A stretch of 56,954 bases of DNA from Bacteroidales bacterium (GCA_029938465.1 JAOZUW010000001.1:1426-58379); one strand, 5' to 3'. Counted from the first letter of the stretch, positions 30,855 through 40,601 are shown. Translations and numbers: made by a program. Notes: a model not told the origin generated them from the sequence alone.

Positions 30855-32636
30855 ATGTCAAACAAAAACGTATTAAAAGGAGGCGAATTCCTGGTTAAGG
30901 AAACGCTAGCCCAGGATGTTTTCATTCCTGAAGAATTTAACGAAGAGCAAAGAATGATGGCTCAGAGCTGTAAAGAATTTACAGAAACAGTGGTAAACCC
31001 TCAAATGGATGAATTAGAAAACCACAATAGAGAGCTTTTAACAAAATTAATGAAAGAAGCCGGAGAACTTGGGTTATTAGGAATCTCGGTTCCAGAAGAG
31101 TACGAAGGTTTTGGACAAAATTTTGTTACCAGCATGCTCACTACTGAGGAAATGGGAAAAGGCTATAGTTTTGCAGTTGCCTATTCTGCTCATACAGGTA
31201 TTGGTACACTACCCATTTTGTATTATGGTGATGAAGAGCAAAAAACAAAATATTTACCAAAATTAGCTTCTGGTGAATTTATTGGAGCTTATTGCTTAAC
31301 AGAGGCTGATGCGGGTTCCGATCCTAATTCTGGTAAAGCCAAGGCTATACTCAGTGATGATGGTAAGTACTATACTATGGACGGTGTAAAGATTTGGATT
31401 ACTAATGGTGGTGTTGCTGATATCTTTATTGTTTTTGCAAAAATTAATGATGATAAGAATCTCAGCGCCTTTATTATTGAGGAATCTTGGGATGGTGTAA
31501 AAACTGGTCCAGATGAAGAAAAAATGGGAATTAAAGGCTCATCAACTGTTCAATTATATCTAGAGAATGTGAAAGTACCTGCAGAAAACCTCTTAGGTGA
31601 ACGCAATACTGGATTTAAAATTGCATTAAACATTTTAAATCTAGGAAGAATTAAGCTTAGCGGAGCATGTGTAGGCGCTTCAAAAGCCACTATTGGTGTA
31701 ACAGTTAATTATGCCAGTGAGCGTAAGCAATTCGGAAAAACCATATCAAGATTCACTGCAATACAATCAAAAATGGCCGAAATGGTTATTAAAACTTTTG
31801 CTACTGAATCATTAACATACCGTGCCAGCCAGAATATTGAAGATTCCATTCAATCATATATCGCTGAAGGAATGGATAAGGGTAAAGCTACTTTAGAAGG
31901 TATGCGCCAATATGCAATTGAAGCTTCTATAGCAAAAGTATACGGATCAGAAGCGTTGGATTATGTAGTGGATGAAGGAGTACAGATTTATGGTGGTATG
32001 GGATATTCAGCCGAAACACCAGTAGAGCGTGCTTACAGAGATAGCCGTATCAACCGAATTTTTGAAGGAACCAATGAAATCAACCGAATGGTGATTGTTG
32101 GAGAATTATTGAAAAGAGCCATGAAGGGCGAATTTGATTTATTAACACCTGCAAAAAATGTAGCTAAAGAATTAATGGCTATTCCTGATTTTGGAGCTTT
32201 AACCACTGACTATTACGAACTTAAAAAGAAGAGTATTCTTAATTTTAAAAAGGCCGTTTTAATGGTATCAGGAGCTGCTGTACAAAAATATACAACAGAG
32301 TTTGCCCAAGAACAAGAAATTTTGATGAACGCAGCGGATATGATTATCGAAACTTATGCTGCAGAATCATTTATGCTAAGGGTGGAGAAATTGGAGCAAA
32401 AAGCTGGTAAAGAGTTGGAATTATACAGAAATATGCTAGATATATTTATGTATGATGCTTCATTTAAAATCAATAAATATGGAATAGATGCTGTAAATTC
32501 TTTTGCAGAAGGCGATGAACAAAAAGCTATGCTGATGGGAATGAAACGTTTCACAAAAATTGAATCTGTTAACGTTAAAGAATCTCGTAGAAAAATTGCC
32601 GAGAAGCTTATTGAAGATAATAACTATAAATTCTAG
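30855..32636 (+). CDS. fadE: Acyl-CoA dehydrogenase (FadE/VLCAD-like)
   Basis: YCLTEADAGSD, KIWITNG, ERKQFGK, QIYGGMG, RIFEGTNEI; ATG at 30855 preferred over GTG at 30810. Confidence 0.93.
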   Translation: MSNKNVLKGGEFLVKETLAQDVFIPEEFNEEQRMMAQSCKEFTETVVNPQMDELENHNRELLTKLMKEAGELGLLGISVPEEYEGFGQNFVTSMLTTEEMGKGYSFAVAYSAHTGIGTLPILYYGDEEQKTKYLPKLASGEFIGAYCLTEADAGSDPNSGKAKAILSDDGKYYTMDGVKIWITNGGVADIFIVFAKINDDKNLSAFIIEESWDGVKTGPDEEKMGIKGSSTVQLYLENVKVPAENLLGERNTGFKIALNILNLGRIKLSGACVGASKATIGVTVNYASERKQFGKTISRFTAIQSKMAEMVIKTFATESLTYRASQNIEDSIQSYIAEGMDKGKATLEGMRQYAIEASIAKVYGSEALDYVVDEGVQIYGGMGYSAETPVERAYRDSRINRIFEGTNEINRMVIVGELLKRAMKGEFDLLTPAKNVAKELMAIPDFGALTTDYYELKKKSILNFKKAVLMVSGAAVQKYTTEFAQEQEILMNAADMIIETYAAESFMLRVEKLEQKAGKELELYRNMLDIFMYDASFKINKYGIDAVNSFAEGDEQKAMLMGMKRFTKIESVNVKESRRKIAEKLIEDNNYKF

Positions 32637-32658
32637 AATAACTTGATTAACACAATAC

Positions 32659-32693
32659 AGGGATGATATCTTAAAAAAATGGATATCATCCCT
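32659..32693. repeat. 12-bp perfect inverted repeat inside the operon, no U-tract
   Basis: AGGGATGATATC-N11-GATATCATCCCT. Confidence 0.75.
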
Positions 32694-32709
32694 ACACTAA
32701 AAGAAACAG

Positions 32710-33192
32710 ATGCCAAAAGGAGATTATATTAGAAAAATGGCCACAAATAAATGGAAGATGAAGTTGTTTATGCTCCAACATCTACCTTTGGGTTTTATTG
32801 TTGGACTAAAAGTACTTCAAGTTGATGAAAATAGCTGCCAAGTAAGTATTCCATATAAGTATATCAACAAGAATCCATTTAAAAGCATGTATTTTGCGGC
32901 ACAAAGCATGGCAGCTGAATTATCAACAGGCCTACTTGCCATGGCTGCAGTTCAAGATGCTGATATTCCTGTTTCGATGTTAGTGCTTAAAATGAAATCA
33001 GATTTTACAAAAAAAGCAGCTACTCATACTATTTTTAATTGTTCTGATGGTAACGAAATATTGCAAGCCGTTAAACAAGCTATTGCTACTGGTGAAGGGC
33101 AAACAGTATCCACTAAATCTATTGGTAAAGACAAATCCGGTGACATCGTTTCTGAATTTGAGTTTACCTGGACTTTTAAAATTAAGAAGTAG
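32710..33192 (+). CDS. Hotdog-fold thioesterase-like protein (DUF4442/PaaI-like)
   Basis: NKNPFKSMYFAAQSMAAELSTG and F.FTWTFK motifs; fatty-acid operon context. Confidence 0.8.
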   Translation: MPKGDYIRKMATNKWKMKLFMLQHLPLGFIVGLKVLQVDENSCQVSIPYKYINKNPFKSMYFAAQSMAAELSTGLLAMAAVQDADIPVSMLVLKMKSDFTKKAATHTIFNCSDGNEILQAVKQAIATGEGQTVSTKSIGKDKSGDIVSEFEFTWTFKIKK

Positions 33193-33291
33193 CTATTTTT
33201 TATTTGCACTTGAGAAAGCAACTTTTTTTTGCGTATATTGACCAAAGACCTACAAAAAACAAAATTAACAATAACCTAAATACTATATGAC

Positions 33292-35148
33292 ATGGAAATC
33301 AAGAGAACATTCGATATTTTAGATCAATTACTAGAGAAATATCCAAAAGAAGTGGCTTTGGCAGTAAAACGTAATAATCAGTGGGATAAATTCAATACCC
33401 AAGAATACAAAGATATGGCTAATTGGGTGAGCTATGGCTTGTTATCTATGGGTTTCAAAAAAGGCGACAAAGTAATAAGCGTGTCAAATAATAGACCAGA
33501 ATGGAATTTCTTAGATATGGGCATGTCACAAATAGGTGTAGTTCATGTACCTTTATATCCCAATATTGGTCCTAGGGAATATGAATATATAGTTGATCAC
33601 TCTGAGGCTAGCCTTATTGTTGTATCCTCAGAAGAATACTATCTCAAACTTAAAGATGCAGCAGCTAAAACTGATAAAATAAAAGCTATCTACAGTTTCG
33701 ATCCAGTAAATGGATGCGATGATTGGAATATAATTATAGATGCTGGCAAGAAAAATGCTGATTCTTTAGCTGAGGAGTTAGACCAAAGGCGTGAGGAGAT
33801 TCTGGAAGATGATATGCTCACTATGATCTATACTTCCGGCACTACAGGATTAAGTAAAGGTGTTATGCTTTCACACAAGAACTTAATCTCAAATGTAATG
33901 GCTACTTGCAAAATAATCCCTGTAACATCTACTGATAAAATGATTAGCTTTTTACCCTTATGCCATGTTTTTGAGCGTATGGTTAACTATTTAATCCAAT
34001 ATAAAGGTTGTTCCATATATTATGCAGAAAGCATTGAATCTGTTGGTGAAAATATCAAAGAAATTAAACCTCAAGGGTTCGCCTCTGTTCCTAGAGTTCT
34101 CGAAAAGGTTTATGACAAGATAATTATGAAGGGTAAAGAATTAACAGGCATTAAAAAGAATCTTTTCTTTTGGGCGGTTGATTTGGCAAACCGATACGAA
34201 TTAGATGGCAGTAATGGCGCTTGGTATGATATGCAACTTAAATTGGCACGTAAACTTATATTTAGCAAATGGCAAGAAGCTCTTGGTGGTAATATTACGG
34301 TTATAATATCTGGTGGAGCAGCACTACAGCCTAGGCTTGCAAAAATATTTAATGCTGCCGGAATTCCATTAATGGAAGGGTATGGACTAACAGAAACATC
34401 ACCTGTTATTGCAGTAAATCAACCACATTACCCCTATATGAAATTCGGAACTGTTGGTCCTGTTTTAGATAATGTAGAAGTAAAAATTGCAGAAGATGGA
34501 GAAATATTAATGAAGGGCCCAAGTTTGATGATGGGGTACTACAGGGCTCCTGATAAAACAGCAGATGCAATTGATAAAGAAGGCTGGTTTCACACCGGTG
34601 ATATAGGAGAAATTCAAGAACATAATATCTTGAAGATTACTGATAGAAAAAAAGAGATTTTTAAACTAAGTACTGGTAAATACATTGCTCCACAACTTAT
34701 TGAAAATATTTTTAAAGAATCAGCTTTCGTAGAGCAAATAATGATTGTTGGTGAAAACGAAAAATTTGCTGCAGCAATTATTAGCCCTTCTTTTGAGTTT
34801 TTACACAATTGGTGTATGAAGCATAAAATCACTTATCGTGATAATAAAGATCTTATTCAAATACCTGAAGTTATAGAACGCTATGATAAAGAAGTGGCTA
34901 AAATAAATACTACTCTTGGACACCATCGTCAGGTGAAAAAATTCGAGCTAACATGTCAGGAATGGCTGCCTGAAACCGGAGAACTATCTCCTACTCTAAA
35001 AGTAAAACGTAAATTTATTAAAGAAAAATATAAAGATAAATTTGATAAAATTTATGGGTACACTGATAAATCAGGTTATGTAGGAACACCTTCAAATATG
35101 ATTTTAGATGAAAGTGATAAGCCCGATTGCGATAAAGATGATAACTAA
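33292..35148 (+). CDS. fadD: Long-chain fatty acid-CoA ligase
   Basis: YTSGTTGLSKG, EGYGLTETSP, GWFHTGDIG, DRKKEIFK, PTLKVKR. Confidence 0.93.
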   Translation: MEIKRTFDILDQLLEKYPKEVALAVKRNNQWDKFNTQEYKDMANWVSYGLLSMGFKKGDKVISVSNNRPEWNFLDMGMSQIGVVHVPLYPNIGPREYEYIVDHSEASLIVVSSEEYYLKLKDAAAKTDKIKAIYSFDPVNGCDDWNIIIDAGKKNADSLAEELDQRREEILEDDMLTMIYTSGTTGLSKGVMLSHKNLISNVMATCKIIPVTSTDKMISFLPLCHVFERMVNYLIQYKGCSIYYAESIESVGENIKEIKPQGFASVPRVLEKVYDKIIMKGKELTGIKKNLFFWAVDLANRYELDGSNGAWYDMQLKLARKLIFSKWQEALGGNITVIISGGAALQPRLAKIFNAAGIPLMEGYGLTETSPVIAVNQPHYPYMKFGTVGPVLDNVEVKIAEDGEILMKGPSLMMGYYRAPDKTADAIDKEGWFHTGDIGEIQEHNILKITDRKKEIFKLSTGKYIAPQLIENIFKESAFVEQIMIVGENEKFAAAIISPSFEFLHNWCMKHKITYRDNKDLIQIPEVIERYDKEVAKINTTLGHHRQVKKFELTCQEWLPETGELSPTLKVKRKFIKEKYKDKFDKIYGYTDKSGYVGTPSNMILDESDKPDCDKDDN

Positions 35149-35182
35149 TACTTCGCAGAAATAGCATAAACCTATGTTAAAC

Positions 35183-35217
35183 AATGTCGTCTATGAATTA
35201 TAGACGACATTTTTTTT
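35183..35217 (+). terminator. Rho-independent terminator after fadD
   Basis: AATGTCGTCTAT-GAATT-ATAGACGACATT followed by a T run. Confidence 0.88.
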
Positions 35218-35289
35218 GTAAATTGCGCACCTAAATAAGTTTTTTACACTGAACTTATTTATTAATTGTATTCATTAAAAAAAGTAATC

Positions 35290-35730
35290 ATGAAAAAAAT
35301 ATTATTCTTAGTATTTTCATTGCTTCTTATGATTAGCATTGGAGTTACTGCTCAAAACACTAGCGATTTAATAAAACAAATTATGAATTCTGCCGATGTT
35401 AATAAAGAACAAGCAGAAGGTGGAGCTGGAGCGCTTTTTGATATGGCAAAAGAAAATATGAGCCTTGAAGATTTCTCCAAAGTTTCTGATGTAGTACCAA
35501 ACATGGATGGTTTACTTGATGCCGTTCCTGATTTAGGTGGCAGTAAAATGGGCATGTTAGGCTCAGCAACACAACAATTGGCAGGTTCCTCAAAAGTTTT
35601 GGCAGTTTTTGACAAATTAGGCATTAGCCAAGATAAAGTTGCTCTTTTCACTCCAGTCATAGCCAAATATGTAGACGAAAAAGGTGGGAAAGCATTAGGA
35701 AAACTTTTAGGTGACGCTATTAAATTCTAA
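35290..35730 (+). CDS. Exported DUF2780-like protein
   Basis: Signal peptide MKKILFLVF..VTA; QAEGGAGALF..AK and FDKLGI motifs; ATG at 35290 preferred over TTG at 35266. Confidence 0.75.
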   Translation: MKKILFLVFSLLLMISIGVTAQNTSDLIKQIMNSADVNKEQAEGGAGALFDMAKENMSLEDFSKVSDVVPNMDGLLDAVPDLGGSKMGMLGSATQQLAGSSKVLAVFDKLGISQDKVALFTPVIAKYVDEKGGKALGKLLGDAIKF

Positions 35731-35821
35731 AGATTTGAAATGTAATTGACATGTAGTTAAAGTGTGAATAGAAAAATTGGTACTCACTCCCAGTTCCTTG
35801 TCAATTAATCCCTAAATACTC

Positions 35822-35987
35822 CTAGTATCAAGTCAAGCATATTTTTGTGCAACCAAGTTTTGTTCTTTTCATCACTAACTTCGTTAGAATATTTAACCAT
35901 AACTACGGCTATGCTGAAAAATTCCGCCTTGCTATTAACAAAAATAACTTCGACTTTTTACACACAATACACTTGATTTGACACTAG
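35822..35987. repeat. 166-bp palindromic element (MITE/REP-like or structured RNA)
   Basis: CTAG at both ends; 22-bp terminal arms pair at 18/22 positions; central CATAAC-TACG-GCTATG hairpin. Confidence 0.65.
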
Positions 35988-35999
35988 CTTTTTGTATTT

Positions 36000-37454
36000 T
36001 TGTCAAAAAAATACAAGATCAAAAACCAATCTTATACATTATCAGCCTTAATGGACGAATTAAACTTAGTTATTCGTTCTACCTTTGATGCTACCTACTG
36101 GGTAGTTGCCGAGGTGGCTAATGTTTCTATTGCTGCACGTGGTCATATGTATCTTGAATTGGTAGAAAAAGATCAAAATCAAATTGTTGCTAAAGCTCGT
36201 GCCAATTTATGGAGCTATAAGAAAAAACAAATTATTTCATCTTTCGAGGAGGTTACTAAACAAAGTGTTAAAACAGGAATGAAGCTTTTAATACAGCTAA
36301 GTGTCGAATTTCATTCTGTTTATGGCATTAGCTTCCAAATTCATGATATCGACCCTGCCTATTCTCTTGGTGAACTGGAAAGAGAACGTCAGGAAACTAT
36401 TAAATCTTTAGAAAAAGAAGGTCTCCTTGACTTTAATAAACAATATATTTTACCTGAAGTCATTCAAAAGATTGCCATTATAAGTTCCAAAACAGCAGCT
36501 GGTTATCAGGATTTTTTAACTCAATTACAAAACAATTCATCTGGGTATACTTTTCAATCGGAACTCTTCCCATCCACTATGCAAGGTGATCAGGCAGGAG
36601 CTTCTATTATTAAAGCATTGGAGAAAGTAGAAAAAAACAAAACCTCTTTTGATGTATTAGTCATTATCAGAGGGGGTGGAAGTAATTTAGATTTAGCTTG
36701 TTTTGATGAGTATGAGTTGAATGCTCGTCTGGCACAATGTATTTTACCTGTTCTTTCTGGTATTGGTCACGAACGCGATACTTCTGTAACAGATATGGTA
36801 GCACATACCCGATTAAAGACGCCTACTGCCGTTGCTGCATTTATTCTAGATCATAACAATCAATTTGAAGAACAACTACAGGATTTGTTTTATAGAGCTT
36901 TGAGTTATAGTAAATCCTATGTGCAAAACGAAATATTTCAAATGAAGAATTGGAGCAAAATCATAACCGATGGAGCCCAATATCAAATTATTTCATCTGA
37001 ACATTTTTTAAAAACCTCTTCTTTTAAGATTAATAAAGGTAGCATCAATTTGATCAATAAGAGTCATATTAAACTCAAACAAGAAAAAGCTAATTTGCGC
37101 TTAGTTACAATGCGGTATCGTGAGCGGCAGAGATACCTATTGAGATTCAAATATAAGCAATTAGAGTTGGGAGTAAAAGACTTTACATACCTGAGTACAA
37201 AAAAAATTAATCAATTAAAGAAAGAATTATTAAATACCATATTGTTAACTGATTTTCAAAAGAATAAACTTGATTACCTAAACCATATGATTAAGCTATC
37301 CGATCCTAATTCTATATTAAAAAGGGGCTTTAGTATTACCCGAAAAAACGGCAAAGCTATCACTCACATTCATTCCATTGAGAAAGGTGAATTAATAGAA
37401 ACACAATTAACGGATGGCAGTTTTAAAAGCATAATAAAAGAAAAGAAACAATGA
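36000..37454 (+). CDS. xseA: Exodeoxyribonuclease VII large subunit (start uncertain)
   Basis: GHMYLEL OB fold, IIRGGGS, SGIGHERD, TPTAVA, DP..ILKRGFS. Confidence 0.95.
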   Translation: MSKKYKIKNQSYTLSALMDELNLVIRSTFDATYWVVAEVANVSIAARGHMYLELVEKDQNQIVAKARANLWSYKKKQIISSFEEVTKQSVKTGMKLLIQLSVEFHSVYGISFQIHDIDPAYSLGELERERQETIKSLEKEGLLDFNKQYILPEVIQKIAIISSKTAAGYQDFLTQLQNNSSGYTFQSELFPSTMQGDQAGASIIKALEKVEKNKTSFDVLVIIRGGGSNLDLACFDEYELNARLAQCILPVLSGIGHERDTSVTDMVAHTRLKTPTAVAAFILDHNNQFEEQLQDLFYRALSYSKSYVQNEIFQMKNWSKIITDGAQYQIISSEHFLKTSSFKINKGSINLINKSHIKLKQEKANLRLVTMRYRERQRYLLRFKYKQLELGVKDFTYLSTKKINQLKKELLNTILLTDFQKNKLDYLNHMIKLSDPNSILKRGFSITRKNGKAITHIHSIEKGELIETQLTDGSFKSIIKEKKQ

Positions 37455-37651
37455 GTAAACGAATAACATACGAAAGTGCTTTAAATGAACTACAAAGCAT
37501 AGTTGCAGAAATTGAAGGTGAAGAAATTAGTATTGACGAATTATCAAAAAAGGTAAAACGTGCTGCTGAATTATTAAAAACATGTCAAAAAAAGCTTCGC
37601 CAAACCGAAGAAGACGTGAATGAAATACTGTCACAATTTGACGAAGAGTAA
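37451..37651 (+). CDS. xseB: Exodeoxyribonuclease VII small subunit
   Basis: TYESALNELQSIV..IE...IDEL...C..KL; overlaps the xseA stop. Confidence 0.93.
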   Translation: MSKRITYESALNELQSIVAEIEGEEISIDELSKKVKRAAELLKTCQKKLRQTEEDVNEILSQFDEE

Positions 37652-37680
37652 ATATTAAACAAACTGTAAATAAATATCCC

Positions 37681-37968
37681 GTGAAAGTAGATTGGCAAAA
37701 AATAAGTGTACAAGGATTAAGCTTACCCATCCATTTTTATAGATATGCTATTTCGCCTATTTTGCCAGCATCTTGCCGTCATATTCCTTCTTGTTCGGAA
37801 TACAGCCTACAAGCGCTTAAAATGCATGGAATAGTTAAAGGATCGGCATTGGCAGCTAATCGCATTGGAAGATGCCAACCGTGGGGAACCAGAGGTTACG
37901 ACCCTGTGCCTCGAATAATTATTAAAATCACTTATAAATCGAAATTATTAGAAAATAGACTAAAATGA
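37681..37968 (+). CDS. yidD: Membrane protein insertion efficiency factor
   Basis: YRYAISP...CRHIPSCSEY...RIGRCQPWG..GYDPVP. Confidence 0.92.
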   Translation: MKVDWQKISVQGLSLPIHFYRYAISPILPASCRHIPSCSEYSLQALKMHGIVKGSALAANRIGRCQPWGTRGYDPVPRIIIKITYKSKLLENRLK

Positions 37969-39029
37969 GAAACTTTGGTTCAGACAAATTATCGGCATTA
38001 GATGCCAAATTTGAAGCACAAAAAATAAGCTTCGGCCCCATTTCTTTTCAAGCTGTAAGAGCTATGAGAGATCTAGGAATCCTTGGAATGGTAGAGGATT
38101 CAAGAAAAAGCGGCATCATGGTTGATGAAATAGTTAAAAAATTAAAAATATCGCGCTATGGGGTTCAGGTATTACTGGACGCAGGCATAAGCGTAGGCGT
38201 TGTATTACAAAAGGACAATAAATTTTTCCTGACTAAAACAGGCTATTTTATCCTGAATGACCCACTTACAAAAGCCAATATGGATTTTGTACAAGATGTT
38301 AATTATTTGGGTTTTTATAATCTCGATGAAAGTGTAAAAAACGGGAAACCAGAAGGTTTAAAAGTCTTTGGAGAGTGGAAAACGGTATATGAAGGCTTAT
38401 CTTCTCTACCTGAAAAAGTACAAGAAAGCTGGTTTGGCTTTGATCATTATTACTCCGATCTAGTATTTCCTTTAGTGATGCCGTTAATCTTTGCCGACAA
38501 GCCCAAGCATTTACTGGATATTGGAGGCAATACCGGTAAATTTAGTATAAAGGCAGCTCAATACAATAAAGAAGTAAAAATCACTATCCTCGATTTACCG
38601 GGACAATTAGAAGTGGCTTATAAAAATATTGCCAAAGAGAAACTTTCAGATAGAATTGACGGTTTCGCTATTGACTTATTAAACCCTAAACTAGCCTATC
38701 CTGCTCATGTTGACGCTATTTGGATGAGTCAGTTTTTAGATTGTTTTGCTGAGGACGAAATTTCACATTTATTATCAAGAGCTTATGATTCTTTAGACGA
38801 AGGCGGTATACTATATATCAACGAAACCTATTGGGATAGACAAAAATACCCTGCTTCCAGCTATAGTCTCAATATGACTTCCTTATATTTTACGGCAATA
38901 GCAAATGGTAACAGCCGTATGTATCATAGCGAAGATATGATTCGATTAGTTGAAAATGCTGGTTTTAAAATTGCAGAAGACATTGACGGCCTTGGCGTTA
39001 GCCACACTTTACTAAAATGTAAGAAATAA
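37965..39029 (+). CDS. Class I SAM-dependent O-methyltransferase with dimerisation domain
   Basis: LLDIGGNTG, ILDLPGQ, WMSQFLDCF motifs. Confidence 0.88.
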   Translation: MRNFGSDKLSALDAKFEAQKISFGPISFQAVRAMRDLGILGMVEDSRKSGIMVDEIVKKLKISRYGVQVLLDAGISVGVVLQKDNKFFLTKTGYFILNDPLTKANMDFVQDVNYLGFYNLDESVKNGKPEGLKVFGEWKTVYEGLSSLPEKVQESWFGFDHYYSDLVFPLVMPLIFADKPKHLLDIGGNTGKFSIKAAQYNKEVKITILDLPGQLEVAYKNIAKEKLSDRIDGFAIDLLNPKLAYPAHVDAIWMSQFLDCFAEDEISHLLSRAYDSLDEGGILYINETYWDRQKYPASSYSLNMTSLYFTAIANGNSRMYHSEDMIRLVENAGFKIAEDIDGLGVSHTLLKCKK

Positions 39030-39040
39030 ATATTAAACAG

Positions 39041-40453
39041 ATGAAACATTTTATACTCTTTGCCTTTAGCCTATTATTATCTTTAAGTATATGGGCTCAA
39101 AAATCTCATTCTTTCTCATTTAACGGAATACAAAAATCTGCTTTCGAAAAACAAAAGCAAAACCTACTACTGGGAAAAACAGCAATGGATCTTTTTGAGG
39201 CTTCTAGTTTTCAATATAAAGATATCAAACAACGATTAGATAGTTTTTTAGTATATTTTGGTGGGCTTAAAAATGGAAATAAAGCACTTATAGCAAAGGA
39301 AGAGTATATTTATAATGCAATTGGGCATTGTATAAAGGAAATGGACTTTGATAGCCCAATATTGGGAGGCCCACTAGTTCCTAGTAATCAAATGATTTAT
39401 GAATTTAATGAACAAGGAGAAATCAGCAGATTTGTTTTTGATCAGTGGCTAGTGGGTATTGAACAGTGGAGACATGTTTATAGCACCAACTACTATTATG
39501 ATAATGAAATGCTTGAAACAGCTATAAGTCTGGTGTGGAATAATGATTTATTAAAATGGGAACAAAATTACAAATATTTCTATTCTTACAATGAACAAGG
39601 GATAGTTAAGCAAGTTTTTATACAAACATGGGATAATGAAAATGAATGGCTTGATTATCAAAAAGTCGAATATCATTATGATGCTCAAAATAGAATTACG
39701 AATAGGTTTTCTTATCAATGGCAAGATAATCTACAATTATGGAAAGAGACTTACAAAGAGGAATTATCCTATACATCTCAAGGTGAAATAGAATCAGACA
39801 TCAATTATCAATGGAGCAATCAAATATCTGATTGGATACCTTTGTATAAAACAAAATATGATTATCTCGAAAGTGGAGAAATAAATGAATTAATTGAATC
39901 CTATTATGAGTTTGGCGAATGGTATCTGACTATAAAAAACAGCTATACATATAATGAGGATGGCATTTTTTTGGGCACCATAGAATATGATTATGTAAAT
40001 GAAAATTGGATAGAATGGGAAAAGAAAATCATTACTTATGATATGAATTATTCAGAAAATGAATTATTGGTGCCAAGGTATTATTGGCAAGACATGCCCA
40101 TTAACTATATGGTAAAACAATTGGAAATATTTCAAAAACATCAGAATTGGGATTTGATGCAAGATATAAATTTTTATTATAGCCCACAAAATGTAGATGC
40201 TGTAACAGAACCATCTAATAAAACCTTTTCTATTTACCCCAATCCAAGTAATGGCATAATAAATCTCGAAATAAATGAGGACGTTAATCTTCTTATATAC
40301 AATTCAACAGGACAGTTAATTATGCATAAGCTACTTTCGGCAAAACAAAATACAAAAAAAACGCTGGATTTATCTTTATTTAAGAGGGGGATTTACTTTT
40401 TCCAGATTGATAATGGGAAAGAAACTATAAGAGAAAAAGTTATAATTCAATAA
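39041..40453 (+). CDS. T9SS type A sorting domain protein with Tyr/Trp-rich beta repeats
   Basis: Signal peptide; repeated Y.Y...G......W......W units; CTD with SIYPNPSNG...GIYFFQI...KVII. Confidence 0.88.
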   Translation: MKHFILFAFSLLLSLSIWAQKSHSFSFNGIQKSAFEKQKQNLLLGKTAMDLFEASSFQYKDIKQRLDSFLVYFGGLKNGNKALIAKEEYIYNAIGHCIKEMDFDSPILGGPLVPSNQMIYEFNEQGEISRFVFDQWLVGIEQWRHVYSTNYYYDNEMLETAISLVWNNDLLKWEQNYKYFYSYNEQGIVKQVFIQTWDNENEWLDYQKVEYHYDAQNRITNRFSYQWQDNLQLWKETYKEELSYTSQGEIESDINYQWSNQISDWIPLYKTKYDYLESGEINELIESYYEFGEWYLTIKNSYTYNEDGIFLGTIEYDYVNENWIEWEKKIITYDMNYSENELLVPRYYWQDMPINYMVKQLEIFQKHQNWDLMQDINFYYSPQNVDAVTEPSNKTFSIYPNPSNGIINLEINEDVNLLIYNSTGQLIMHKLLSAKQNTKKTLDLSLFKRGIYFFQIDNGKETIREKVIIQ

Positions 40454-40543
40454 ATACTCCTGAAAGAATTCTGAGGATTATAACTACGATCAGAGCCCGT
40501 CCCTAAATTCTAAATTTGATTAAACATGCTCCAAAATTATTCC

Positions 40544-40587
40544 TTAAAGCCGAAAGTATTTTGTGTTAGAAATACTTTCGGCTTTAA
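40544..40587. terminator. Probable bidirectional terminator between convergent genes
   Basis: 18-bp perfect inverted repeat TTAAAGCCGAAAGTATTT-N8-AAATACTTTCGGCTTTAA. Confidence 0.82.
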
Positions 40588-40601
40588 AGAATATTAATTG
40601 A

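Noticed and set aside
35992-36016. TTGTATTTTT/AAAAATACAA inverted repeat over the xseA start
   Set aside because: Mostly homopolymer; it only shows that the TTG start at 36000 overlaps a TATTTTTG element and is uncertain.
40451-40461. TAAATACTCCT shared with 35813-35823
   Set aside because: An 11-mer match in AT-rich DNA is plausible by chance, and the flanks do not align.
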